DNA of 64,000 nt, from the NCBI GenBank assembly GCA_039545335.1, contig BCIN01000007.1:1-64000 (forward strand). The letters are read 5' to 3'. The stretch is from Kondoa subrosea. Lineage: Eukaryota. Of the stretch, positions 52,136 to 64,000 are shown piece after piece. The position numbers were made by a program, and so were the translations under genes. Below the pieces are notes generated by a model. The model did not search any database. It was not told the origin of the DNA and saw only the letters and a program-made list of their open reading frames with translations. Numbering within the stretch: the first letter of the stretch is position 1; each line of letters opens with the position of its first letter.

Positions 52136-53990
52136 CTAAGATGTTTCTCTCCCAGGTCTAGGAGTCATATGGTCACTCCCCTTTCTTCCATTCATAGAAG
52201 CTCTATCATCTGCAGAAAGAGACTCTCTGGAGGTGTGAAGAGGTAAGATCTCGCTTCGATCTTCGTCAGCTTGCTGTCTTGTTGCGATACGTGGTTCATA
52301 GGGTAGATGACAATGACGGTCCGAGAGAGTTGGGTAGTAGAGCCGATAGCACTTCGAAATTGATCTTAGCACGAGAAAAAACAAAGTATATAGAGGCTTA
52401 CGAAATACGAGATAGCTGTTCCCAGCAGAGCTCCAGCTATCAAGTCAGTCTGTATGACATGTCAGATTAGCATAAGCCGTGTTTGAGAAGAACCTACAGC
52501 ATGATGGCGATCTAATTATGACATGAGCACGTTTCAACAGAATCCAGATAGGCAGCTTACAATCCATTGATCGCGAAACAGCAATCAGAGCCTGTGATGG
52601 CAAATAATCGGCATTGCTCATAATTTAAGGGGATCCCTAGAACGTACAGCTCCGAGGAAAGGCGTGACCGCAATCCAAGCAGGAGCGGTCTGTTAGTATC
52701 AATGGATCAACACACGCAGGCGTGTGAGCAAAATGAGACTAACATAGCCTCTTCGGTCAAACACATCTGCGAGTCATCGATACTATTAGCTGGTAGTTCA
52801 GCAAAGCGACTCTTCCACTCACGCAATTTGCCAGCTAGATAGAATGCGAGGAATCCAAGACCAGCAAAGGAAGCTACATTGAAGAGATCAGTGACATTTG
52901 TTTGCCGAACCGAAGAGCTACGAACAGCTCGAATGACCAGAAGGGAAACTTCCTGTAAGAAAAAAGAACGGACTTAATCAGCAACAACACTGAGAAGTGC
53001 ACGCCCTTCCTTACGAAACCCATCCTTTAGCAAAGACTGATCTGTGCAGATTGTCCAAGTCGTCAATCCATAAACGGCAGCATTCATTGCTCCTTCGACC
53101 GGTTTGCATCGTCTGTTTTGGATTTATAATCTCAAATCGTGAGAGAGAAAGATGCGTACGCTATGAGATCTGGACGAGGTCTTCCGACTGTCAACTTGAT
53201 AGCATCCGTGACGACCCAAGTAATGGCTTGAGCTCTTCAAATCAATTCGATCAGCGTTGCTAAGTTAGTTTAAAGCGAGAACCCACAGGATCAGACCCAA
53301 GCTAGCTACATGCCTGTTTCTAACGATCAGCGACCTCCATGATGAAGAAAACACGACTTACCAATCCCAAAATGATCTCGAGATACCGAAACCAATAATG
53401 AAGAAAAAGGCAAGCGGTACAAGTCCCACCAACACAGCCAACAACCAAACAGGAACTCGTTCATGGACCGTATACCTGACATGAATGGCAATATTCAATG
53501 AAACGTGCTTGATCGGACGATCAAAAGAAGGTTGGCGAACGTGTGTTGAATCGAAGTATCAGTCAAAGAGAATTCTCTTCGATCTTGATCGTCCATCAGC
53601 TTCATTTTCTCGCCCAAGAAGAAGAAAAATACTGACATCCATCGATTTGATCAACTCTGTTCGATACCAGAATCAGCTTACAGTATCCCCATGTGAAAAT
53701 TGGAGGACAAACCCGATGAACAGTACCCATACTGCTATAGTCACCACCCAATCTGCTGAATAAGAGTATACTAATTGTTTCCTCCTCTCTGCATCAATAG
53801 GTGGTCTAGTTTGATTGCAGCGAAATGCTCAGCCAAATCAAAACTTTCTATAGCAATGTATAGCCTCACCTTTGATCTGAAGGACGTAGATGATCAGGAA
53901 CCTGAACATTCACATCACAGGCAGAAGCATAGGTAAGCGAGAAGGCTTGGAGAATCGTGGAGTTTTAAACAAACGAACGAGTAGACCCAT
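52136..53990 (-). CDS. PAP2-family lipid phosphate phosphatase (Dpp1-like), tandem copy 2
   Basis: Spliced: YSADW..RREFSLTDTSIQH, HERVP, KLTVGRPRPD, SFPSGHSS, VSRSMDYRHHA. Confidence 0.88.
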
Positions 53991-54268
53991 TTTGCTTCTT
54001 GCTATACTATTTGAATAGGGCTATTCTCTTGAGATAGGGCAGACCTGCTGCTTTGGCTGTGATTGCAGACAGATGTTATGGCTGTAATGGGAAGACGAGA
54101 TTTATGAGGTTACAGCCTCGCTAGCTTGGCGACTGACTACGACTAAGGGCATTGCTTTAGCGTATACCCAGCAGATCAAGAGCAGGATATACACGCATCA
54201 GCAGACCCAGATATACCTCAACAACGCGAAGACTGCTTCTTTGACAATCAATCAAAAGCAGTGATATC

Positions 54269-55495
54269 ATGACTTCCTTAGGCTCGCAAGAGAACATGTT
54301 CACCAGAGCTGTCCGCTACTTCTACCTCTATATCGAGTCGCTCTATCAGCCTCGCTCATATTTGCAATACTTAGGATACTGGAGCGAAGTACTTGGCATA
54401 TCGGCCAACTTACCCTCCAGCGCTCTATGAACACATCTTATCGTATCATGATTCTTCTCCTTCTGCTGCAAGAGATTTCTGTATTGATATTGGTTGTGGA
54501 CCTGGAATAGTCACAAGAGCTATTGCACCTAGCTTCAAAAGAACTTTAGGTGTAGATCCAAGTGAGAGTATGATTCAGGCTGCAAAAGGTGTAGAAGACC
54601 AAGAGGGGATTGAATATGTGGTTGGGAATGCAGAAGATTTGAAGGATGTGAAAGATAGTAGTGTGGATCTGTGAGTACTTTCATCAACATCTATAGGTGT
54701 GATATCTGAAAGCATTTACACAGAATTATTGGCGGAGTGAGTAAGCTAGCGGGCTACTCAATGCACTATTAACTAATATGGCCAGACAATGGCTCACTGG
54801 CTGGATCCTGAGCCTTTCTATAAAGAAATGAGTCGAGTCCTCAAACCCAACGGAACGATTGCCGTCTTCACCTATGCTTGGTCAGTGTTTCTTCCTTAAA
54901 CATTGTCTTCTAAACCGTCTAAGATGTGTCGGACGGACATAGGGCACAACCTGCGCATTCTACCAAGAATTATTCTGAACTCAAGAAATTGGTCGATTCG
55001 ATGCATAACAAAATCAATACCGAAACAGGTCAAAGAGGGTTCGTCTGTCTTCCTTCTTCTTCTCCTTTCGTAAATCACCAATCAATATAATGGGTAACAG
55101 AAATCAAATTACTCAAAGCATGTATAGAGAATTAGCTCGGCCTTCAGATTTCGACTCTACTTCCTCATTATTCCAGGAATCGGTTTATAAAGCTTGGGAC
55201 TCGGATGAAGCTTATGAGAAGGGAGAAGAGTATTTCATGGCTTTTCCAATGAATATGACAAAATTCATGAACTGGATGAGTGCGTTAAAAGATTCCTATT
55301 AGTAGAATGCCATTGAGAATGTGATATAAAGGTACGGCTGGTCCGATGGTCAAAATGGCTGAAGTGAATCCAGAAGGAGCGAAAAAATACATGGAAGACA
55401 TGAAGCAGAAATTCATGGAAGTTGGACAGCTAACAGCAGAAGATGAGATTACGATTGTGAGATCAATTGGGTTGGTGATGGTGAAGAAGAAGTGA
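54269..55495 (+). CDS. Class I SAM-dependent methyltransferase (Crg1/Tmt1-like)
   Basis: YLAYRPTYPPALYE, IDIGCGPG, GVDPSESMI, AHW and RVLKPNGTIAVFTY. Confidence 0.88.
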
Positions 55496-55590
55496 TATTG
55501 CATCATTCCCGTAGCCAAGCAAGATAAAATGAAATGATTTCAGACTAATACAGCAGGGAAACAGCATGCTATTCAATCGTAAACAACAGG

Positions 55591-56074
55591 TTAATGGTCC
55601 ACTTCTACTCTACTCGTTATCTTAGCAGGACAGCCGAGCGCGCCTTGTCTGTGAGTGAAGCGCGTGTCATGATGTTCATGACGATTCTCGCAATCGGAAC
55701 ATGCCTCCGCTGGACAATTGTTATCGTTGTGACCATAGGTGAGACAGCGTCCGCATCGAACAGTAGCGGTCGCATTGGCAGCATCAATTGCAGTCTGTCT
55801 CGCCATTCGTCTGTGTTCCATAGCAGCGGGCGAGACAGCGGGCGAGACTTTGATTGTTGGTACAGTATGATGGGTCCAGCCTCCGAACTTGGGTATGACG
55901 TGTTGATGGAATGAGGGCTGCTCGGTCTGCGTCTGTCGAGAAATATGAGTCAGCCGCATAAGTTATGTCGTCGTAAGACAAAGACTGCCTTACTGCTGTA
56001 TACGAGGGTACACCTCCACCTCCTCCTCCGGGAGCTGCATGCATGTGTTGTTGAGGCTGTTTGCAATTGAACAT
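55591..56074 (-). CDS. Small CCHC zinc-knuckle protein (one intron)
   Basis: A GTAAGG..GACAG intron joins the two ORFs in frame. CGRCLTYGHNDNNC fits C-x2-C-x4-H-x4-C and is followed by CSDC..H.HH. Confidence 0.6.
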
Positions 56075-56744
56075 TAGAGGGATCTAAGATTGGCAAAAGA
56101 CCACTATACAGGTGAATAAAATCCGGTCGCCGTCTATATCCAAAGCTCTTGTTACCGAGACTGGAATGTATAGATCATAAAATAGCTTACAATTTGTGGA
56201 GCCTGCACATGGACGGGCTGAGGATGAATTGAGGCGGGCGATTGCTACAAAGCCGGCACATCAGATTTGTCAATAACGGAAGAATGCCCGAGCTGACCAT
56301 ATGAATCTGTCTAATAAATCTACAGTCGACGGCATGGTCCTCCCAAGGCATGGCGGTGCAACATCGCTTGTCAGTCTATACAGATGAGATCAGAAAGCTG
56401 ACGATAGCCCACTGCTGGCCACGGAATTCGTACCATTTCGACCGATGATAGAGAAGGAGTAGTGAAAGTCGCGAAACAGCGATAAGAGACGGCTATGAGA
56501 AGGGATCAAGAGAGAAAATATCGTTTTCTTGAGAAGCTTAGTCATTTTATACAAAGGGAACTTGAATATATAGCTTGTTCTGATCTGCCAAGCTACATCG
56601 TGAGTCAGGAAGAGTCAAACGTGCCATGGACTTGGAGATGAAAAAGAAGAGCAAAGAAATTCATAAAGTAAGATGCGAAAAACAATGCAATAATCGGAAG
56701 AGAGAATCTAGTAAGAGGTCAGGAAGAGCTACATAGTGCGACCT

Positions 56745-57490
56745 TAGCCACGAGGGTGTAAGCCTTCACCATCTATAACAGAGAAGCATGAGCAAAATTG
56801 TATGCAGGCGAAGCTGACATACGATTAGTTGAACGCATGTTGGTAAGAGTGATATAGTTATTGCTACTGTGGCCGAAGGCAGAGAGAACCTTTTTGCCCT
56901 TGTCGGTATGAATAGCCTGATATGTTGTTAGCCATACAATTGCTCAAGGAAGATTGTGATAACGAACAAAAAAGTGTGTTGCGCCATAAGAATTGCTATA
57001 TAATACTAGGATCAGTATCTATCTAGTACTCGGTGGTTGATTCTTACCCGAGACACATAGCTATAGTAACCAGCTCGTCGATGACAGTGTGACTGAATGG
57101 TTCGCCATATTCAGGCTGACCGAAGGCAACGGAATATCTAGCTTTCCCTCTGATATTGCCATAGCTGTAACTTGGATCATGCAAGCGCATACTGGTCTGG
57201 TATAGAATGATCATGTTTGATCCGTGCTGAAGGTGAAAATGCAGGTCTGCGACAGATGATCCGTTCTTATCCACGGCCGCTAAGGTGAAGTAGACGTATG
57301 CAGCCGAAGTTGCGGCGAAAGTCGCTTTTCCATGAGCAGGAAAGGAAGGGCGAAACGAGACATAGGGAATAGAAGAAGCCTGGCTAGCATTGGCCAAGTA
57401 CTGCTGCTGAATAGACAAGGTTAACCCAAGTTGAGCAAGTCTTGTCTCTGATGGATAGAATAAGCATAAACCTAAGAGCAACGCATACAT
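56745..57490 (-). CDS. Hypothetical multi-exon protein; ends approximate
   Basis: 148-codon open stretch plus downstream exons with canonical splice signals. A CT-rich leader lies upstream. Confidence 0.4.
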
Positions 57491-57581
57491 TCTTACCAGA
57501 AGCAGTGAAAGACGCCTGATTTACGTGAGCGGTCATCTAAATGGTCAAGTGCTGAGATATGGATTGAAAAATAAATTGGTC

Positions 57582-57665
57582 GAGAGATGGAGAAGAAGAG
57601 AGAGAGAGAGATACGAGAAAGAAAGAAAGAAAGAAAGAACGAGCGAGCAAGCAAGCGAGCAAGAG
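57582..57665. repeat. Purine-rich compound microsatellite (GA)n/(GAAA)n/(GCAA)n
   Basis: Directly visible simple repeats. Confidence 0.8.
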
Positions 57666-58149
57666 GCTAAGCCTGGCAACTTACCGGGAAATGATTCCGT
57701 TTCAATAAAAAGGGCGTCGGGAAGTAGAAGACGAGTACGGCACAAGACCACTATTGGTCTAGTATTGGACTTATACCTCTTGCTCTATTATCGTTCTCCA
57801 ACATACCAGAGCAGCACAAGAAGTATAGACATAGTTGGCATACCTTGCCGGTTCTTGAATCCGCCCGGAGGCAATGCAGCAAGCAGTAGAGCTTCCCGGC
57901 CGGTCTTTCGAAGATTACAAGTTCAGCAGACGCAAATACGGGAGTATGCGAACGAGAAAAGAATTGCAGGCAATTAAGTATCCAATGACTTTGGCCTAAC
58001 GAAAAAGAGCGATGGAGGACAGGAGAGAGCGAAAAGGCTGCCTGACATCTGCGTCCGGCGCTGTCAGATGGGGCACACGCTGTCGAACGAGAAGCTCATC
58101 GTCGCATCGCGTCAAGAACATCTCGAAATTATCTTGAATCAAGACCGCC

Positions 58150-61100
58150 ATGTTGGACAGGATAGGCAAGCCCAAGCTACCTACAACTTACCAAACCTAA
58201 TCTACGATCATAGAGGTCTTCAATTTCAAGTCTTACAAAGGGTTCGACCTTGTTTTATTTATGCACATCTCTCTTATGCGTGACAGTATAGGCATCAGAC
58301 GATTGGACCTTTCCATGCTTTCACTTGCGTTATTGGTCCTAATGGATCAGGCAGTACGTGTTTCTGCTTGAAAGCTATCATCTGGAACTCATGTCATGCG
58401 GATGTAGAATCCAATCTCATGGACGCAATCTCTTTCGTTCTTGGTGTCCGATCAGCTCAATTACGTTCTACTCAACTTAAAGACTTGATCTATCGAGGTG
58501 GCCGACAAACAGCTCAAGAAGGTGAAGAAGATCAGGAGGATGAAGGTGACGCTTTACAACAAGAAGAAGAAGAACAAGCAAAGACTGCTTCTGTCACTGC
58601 AGTTTATACCGAAAATGAAGAAGAATGGCAATTTCAAAGAACGATTACAACTTCTGGTTCTTCAGAATACAAAATCAATGGTCAAACAATGACTTACGCA
58701 AAATACAATGCCGTTCTAGAAGATCACAACATTCTGGTCAAGGCGAAAAACTTCTTGGTCTTCCAAGGAGATGTGGAAGCTGTTGCAGCTCAAGCACCAA
58801 AGGATTTATCTAAATTGATTGATCAGATTTCTGGCTCAAGTGAATTAAAGGATGAGTATGAGAAAGCTAAAGTCGCTCAAGATAGAGCTGTTGAATCTTC
58901 CACGAGCGCTTTCAACAAGAGGAGAGGAATCAATACTGAGATCAAGCAGTTTAAGGAACAGAAAGCTGAAGCTATTAAGTATGATAAGCTAAGAGAAGAG
59001 AGGGTCAGTACCTTCTGATTTAGGTCTGCACCAGTCTCTAACCATAGTAGTAGGACGCTGCGGTCATTCATCATCTCGTTTGGAAGCTCTACCACATCAA
59101 TCAAGGCATTGAAGAGAAAACAACAGCGATTGAGAAGAAGAATGAGTCTATCAAATCTCTTCGATCAGACCAGGTTCGTGAGATTTTACAAAAGCTGTAT
59201 TCAGCTAAGGTTCTATATTCATGGTCAGACTGAACATGAAAACAAAGCTAAAGCTGCACGCAAAGAACAAGCGAAAGCTCAAAAAGAAGTTCTCAAGCAA
59301 GAAAAACTAGTTCGAACTCGAGAGAAAGAGCTAGATGACAAGGTTCACTTGTGTCATCACTTCATCAGGCTATAGCTGATAAGTGAATTCGTTTGTGAAC
59401 AGAGACCTAATTTACTCTCCATCGAAACGAAGATAGCTCATGCAACGAAGAAAGCCAAGAACGCACAAGATCTGAAAGGAACTGTTCAGAAAGATCGGGA
59501 CGCTAGAGCTGCTGAACTAGCAAAGTATTCGAAAGATTTAGATGCGGTCAGAAAGCTAGTACAGCAGCATCAAGGTCGGTTGGATTGGCATGAATTCAGT
59601 GTTATAAGCTGATAATTCTCTATCATTTGATCGACAGATCAAAGGAGGAAAGCCAGTCAAGAAAAAGGCTTGGAATTGAATGAAGATGATTTGAAAGAAT
59701 ATCGTCGACTGTAAGCATTGCATTCGACCGACATCTTATTGTCCTTGACGAATACCGCTATAGGAAAGGCCAAGCTTCGGCTAAAGCAGTAACAGAGAGA
59801 CAAGCTTACGAATCGCAATCCCGAGAAGCAAGAGCTAAGAAAGATGTGCTGGCTGGTTTGACAGACAAGTTGGATCAGGCTCGACATCGATCTTCGAAGC
59901 TAGAATCGGAGCAGACTACTTTGAATACTCGTCAATCTGAGGTGAGCTTGTGTTACATTCATTCGAGGAACTTGTAACAAAAAAGCCTTTATTTCAACAG
60001 ACGTCAAGTAAGACCAAATCCCTCACTGAAGATCTGAATCGAGTGAAGAGAGAGCTCAACGATTCTGTTGCCGAAAGGACACGAATAAAGTAAGTGCTAG
60101 ATCTCTTCGTAAGTCGAGTTGTCCAACGATCTTTCGTAGTCAAACGCAGACTGAACTGAACGAGAAACTGCAAGAATGCTACTCAAAACTCTTCCAAGCT
60201 GGTGCTGATCAACGTGAAAGCGAAAGAGAAGTAAAGCTCAAGGAAACGCTCGCCAACTTACAGAGATCAATGCCAGGTTCGTACTACTCTTATCACATAC
60301 TCGAACAAGAGCTGAATACGAACAGGCAAGGTTCTCGGTCGAGTTGTTGATCTTTGCAAACCAACTCAAAGGAAGTACGACGCTGCTGTTTCTGTCATTC
60401 TTGGGCGACATATCGATTCGATAGTGGTCGACAGTGAATCTACAGCTATTGCTTGCATTCAAGTCAGCATAATTGTCTCTTGCTGTCAAATGCTCACGTG
60501 ATTTTTGCAGGACATGAGAAACGCTCGAACCGGAACAGCTACCTTCTTACCTCTTGACACGATACAAGCTAAGCCGATCAATGACAAATATCGATCCCTT
60601 AGTCGTGGCGCTCGCTTAGCAGTCGATGTCATCCAATTCGATCCTTCAGTAGAAAGAGCTATGCATCATGTTTGCTCGAATGCTTTAGTTTGCGACACTG
60701 TTGAAGTTGCCAAGTACATTTGCTACGAAAAGAACACTGAAGTGAAAGGTCCGTCTATGCTTCTGAGAAAGACTCGTCCCTTGCTGACTCAACATGGCTA
60801 GCTGTTACGCTGGACGGAACAGTCTTTCACAAGGCTGGACTCATTACTGGAGGCAGCACAAATGCCGGCACAGGCAGAAAATGGGAAGAAGCACAGGTCA
60901 CTGGTAAATGACAGCACTCTGCTTTTGGTATCTACTTATTGTTGTTGCAGGTCTAAAACGTCTAGAAGAATCTCTCAGACAGCAGCTTGCTGAACTCACG
61001 AAGTCTCGACCGAGAGGCAACCAAGATGATCGCTTAACAGCTGAGATCAGTCGATTGGAGACTGAGTTGACAGTAGCCAAGGATGATTTGGTACGTGTTT

Positions 61101-63112
61101 TGTGCCTGTGTCTCGATAGCCATTGACATTATGATAGAGCGCAACACGGAATCGTCTGAACGGCATCACTACGGAACTTGCGGTTTCTCAGAAATCTGTA
61201 ACCGATCTTTCAGCGAAAGCAGAACAAGTGCGTTTGACCGGTCCCGATTCAGGGATTTCTTCTGATTACTTTAAAGGTATCCGGAGAGCTGGCAGAGCTA
61301 CAGACAGCTATCGATGATCTTCGAGCTGTCATCGCTAGCGAAGAGGAAAGCATTTTTGCCGATTTCTGCGAACGAGTTGGAATTGCTGATATTCAAGAGT
61401 ATGAAGACAAGCAGCTGCGTCAAGCTCAAGAAGAGGGCGAGACGGATCTGAAGTTCAAAACTCAGATCAGCAGACTGGAGCATCAGTAGGTCCTGTTCAG
61501 CAGGACTTCCCTTCTTACTAATCAATTTCCATACAGAACTTCTTTCGAGACTGAACAGCTGCAAGGCATAGATGAGCGACTCACATCGCTTCAAGCGACA
61601 TTAGACAAGCACACTGCCGCTCTTACAGCCCTGCAAACCGAAAAGACAACAGCAGAACAAGAACTCGTTACTGTCGAAGAAGAGATTGAAACAATGCGTG
61701 ATGAACTCAAGAATTTAGAAGATGAAGCTGCTGCCAAAGTTTCTGCGACGGAGCAATTGAAGAAGACTAGCAGCAAATCGAATTCAGCTTATCAAAAAGC
61801 AATGAAAGAGATCAGTAGTTGGGTGAGTACTACTCTTGACCTTGATAAACCTTATTCATCTCGATGGCAGAACGACGACATTGAGCGATTCGCAATTGAA
61901 CGCTTTTCGATTTATCGAAGGTGTAAGCTGGAAGAGATTGGATTACCTATCTCTACTGGTTCGCTGGACGATGTGCCTATCGAAGAGGTCAGTCTGGCAT
62001 TTTCACTGCTTGAATCCGATCTGAGCAGTATTCGAGCAGAATCTTCGAGATGCAATGCCGATGGATATCGATGGTAACGACGAAGGCACACAGCAAGTCG
62101 CTAATGTCAACGACTATGGTCTGGAAGTAGATTTCGCTGAGCTCGAAGAAGAAGAGCAAGAGGTAAGCGTCTACCATTGCTTCCGCAGCGTAGGAATTTA
62201 TCAGTTGAACAGGATGATTCGCCTGATATGGATGAACGTCTGAGCAAAGAGATCAGTCGGCTGATTGATGAGATCCAGAAGATGTCTCCTAACATGAAAG
62301 CGATCGAGAAGTGAGTCGCGCTTGTGCATCAATCGTATCGAAATTGAGCGGCATTTGCTTCATTACAGACTTGATGATGTCGAAGCTAAGCTCGCAGCCA
62401 CGGATAAAGACTTTGATGCGATTCGCCGAACAACAAAGAAAGCCAAAGACACTTTTAACGATCTGCGGAAACGAAGATGCGATATGTTCAACAAAGCTTA
62501 TGCTCACATTTCTGAGCGCATTGACGAAGTATACAAAGATCTTACAAAGGGTAAAGCAAGTCCAATGGGTGGTGTAGCTTATCTCAGTCTGGAGGATTCG
62601 GAAGTATGTCAAAACTCGCACAGTTCATTTGCGTTGTTTGATGTTATTTGACAGGAACCTTATCTTCATGGAATCAAGTACCATGCCATGCCTCCTATGA
62701 AGCGGTTTCGAGATATGGATCAGCTGTCCGGAGGAGAAAAGACTATGGCTGCTCTCGCTCTGCTGTTTGCTATCCACAGCTATCATCCTTCTCCTTTTTT
62801 CGTTCTTGATGAAGTCGATGCTGCACTGGATAACACTAATGTTGGACGTATTGCCAATTAGTAGGTCTCCTGATGCTACAGAAATCATAAGCTGATCCTG
62901 TCTGTTCAGTGTTCGTCGACGAGCCAGCCCTTCCTTCCAATTCGTGGTTATCTCGCTCAAAGGTGCCTTCTACGAGAAAGCTAGAGGGCTTGTGGGTATC
63001 TGGCGAGATGTACCAGCTGGTAGCTCGAAGACTTTGACTCTAGATGTGAGTGCTTCTTCGCACAAAGAAGCCTGAAGCTGAATCTTCTTCCCAGCTGGAC
63101 AAGTATGAGTAG
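58150..63112 (+). CDS. SMC1: Cohesin subunit SMC1
   Basis: [28 protein letters not shown]alker [17 protein letters not shown], hinge ATFLPLDTI, and [42 protein letters not shown]. Confidence 0.97.
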
Positions 63113-63233
63113 ATCTATTCTCGTTTGTTGTAACATTAAGTCTTGTAACTGTAAACACTTGCGAATCGCCTCGGCAACTCTTGATCTTGAAAGTGCCACA
63201 GTTTGCTTGACTTCGAACATCCATCAGATAAAT

Positions 63234-63980
63234 ATGCCTGTACGCTACAGCGGGATGCGCTTCGTAATACAGCTGACTTTCTCCACTGTAGCGCTCGTCC
63301 AGGTCATCAGGCGGTAGATCTGCTCCAGCTCCTCAACGGAAATCATCAGTACCTGCTCAACCTCAGCAACAACAGCGTGGTAACAGCAATGTACCAGCCA
63401 TGCAGACTCAACAACAGCAGCCATCGATGCTAGGTGGAATCATGCAGGTAAGCTTTTATTGCATTGATCTGCGAAAATGGTTATTGACAATTCTTATTCT
63501 GCCAGACTGCTGCAGGTGTTGGCATGGGCTCAGGTATGCTTTGTTGCATTGGTCTGCGAATTATGGAGATTTACAATTCTGGCATGAGCACAGTTATCGG
63601 TCACGGTGTTTCATCCATGCTGTATGGCTTGATTGTGCCCATCTCTGAGTGCGACCTGATGTTCTGGAATAGATTTGGTGGCTCTTCTGCACCTCAAACA
63701 GTCCAAGAACCCATAGCGCCTGTCAATAACAATGGATCGGAACAAGCTGCTTGCAGTATTCAGGCAAAGGAGTTTACACAGTGTTTGAGTGCGTCACGGG
63801 GTAGAGAATGCTGTGCTGCTTGTGCTGAATCCAGATATTTAGACGCGACCAACAACGACTTCTCAGCTTGTTCATTCTATTTGGACAGGTATGGGTTTTC
63901 AGCGAGAGCTAGGGAGAGTTATGCTAAATCTTCCACTGGACAGCCTTAAAGCTTGCCAGCAAGCTGCATCTCAGTACTAG
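63234..63980 (+). CDS. MIX17: Mitochondrial IMS twin-CX9C protein Mix17/CHCHD2-like
   Basis: MPRSSRSS...MQTAAGVGMGSVIGHGVSSMLFGG...CSIQAKEFTQCL..CSFYLDSLKAC. Confidence 0.9.
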
Positions 63981-64000
63981 ATCTGGCGTAATTGACAGTT

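Noticed and set aside
56778..56786. ACAGAGAAG resembling the U6 snRNA box
   Set aside because: No other U6 sequence is nearby. It is the antisense of an intron pyrimidine tract in a minus-strand gene.

Overview
This is compact, very intron-dense fungal nuclear DNA: introns are mostly ~50 nt, with degenerate GT donors, several GC-AG introns and microexons. That style suggests a basidiomycete yeast of Pucciniomycotina type, which is an inference only. The first ~2.7 kb is a nest of LTR-retrotransposon pieces, with a copia-type gag and half-tRNAiMet PBS interrupted by a second repeat family. The rest holds about 25 protein genes: ArfGAP, importin KAP123, PMS1, HIT zinc finger, anoctamin, HP1/Swi6, F-box proteins, NUP85, PIF1, Zds1-like, GST, histone H2B, an SDR, two tandem PAP2 phosphatases, a methyltransferase, SMC1 and MIX17. 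The most striking feature is a tRNA-Cys(GCA) gene at 44661-44798 (-). It carries a normal 14-nt tRNA intron and also a 52-nt GTACGT...CTTAC...TAG spliceosomal-type intron in the variable loop, and removing both restores a standard cloverleaf. A candidate box C/D snoRNA sits in the one long KAP123 intron. Exon boundaries were inferred by eye and protein calls rest on remembered motifs; no searches were run.
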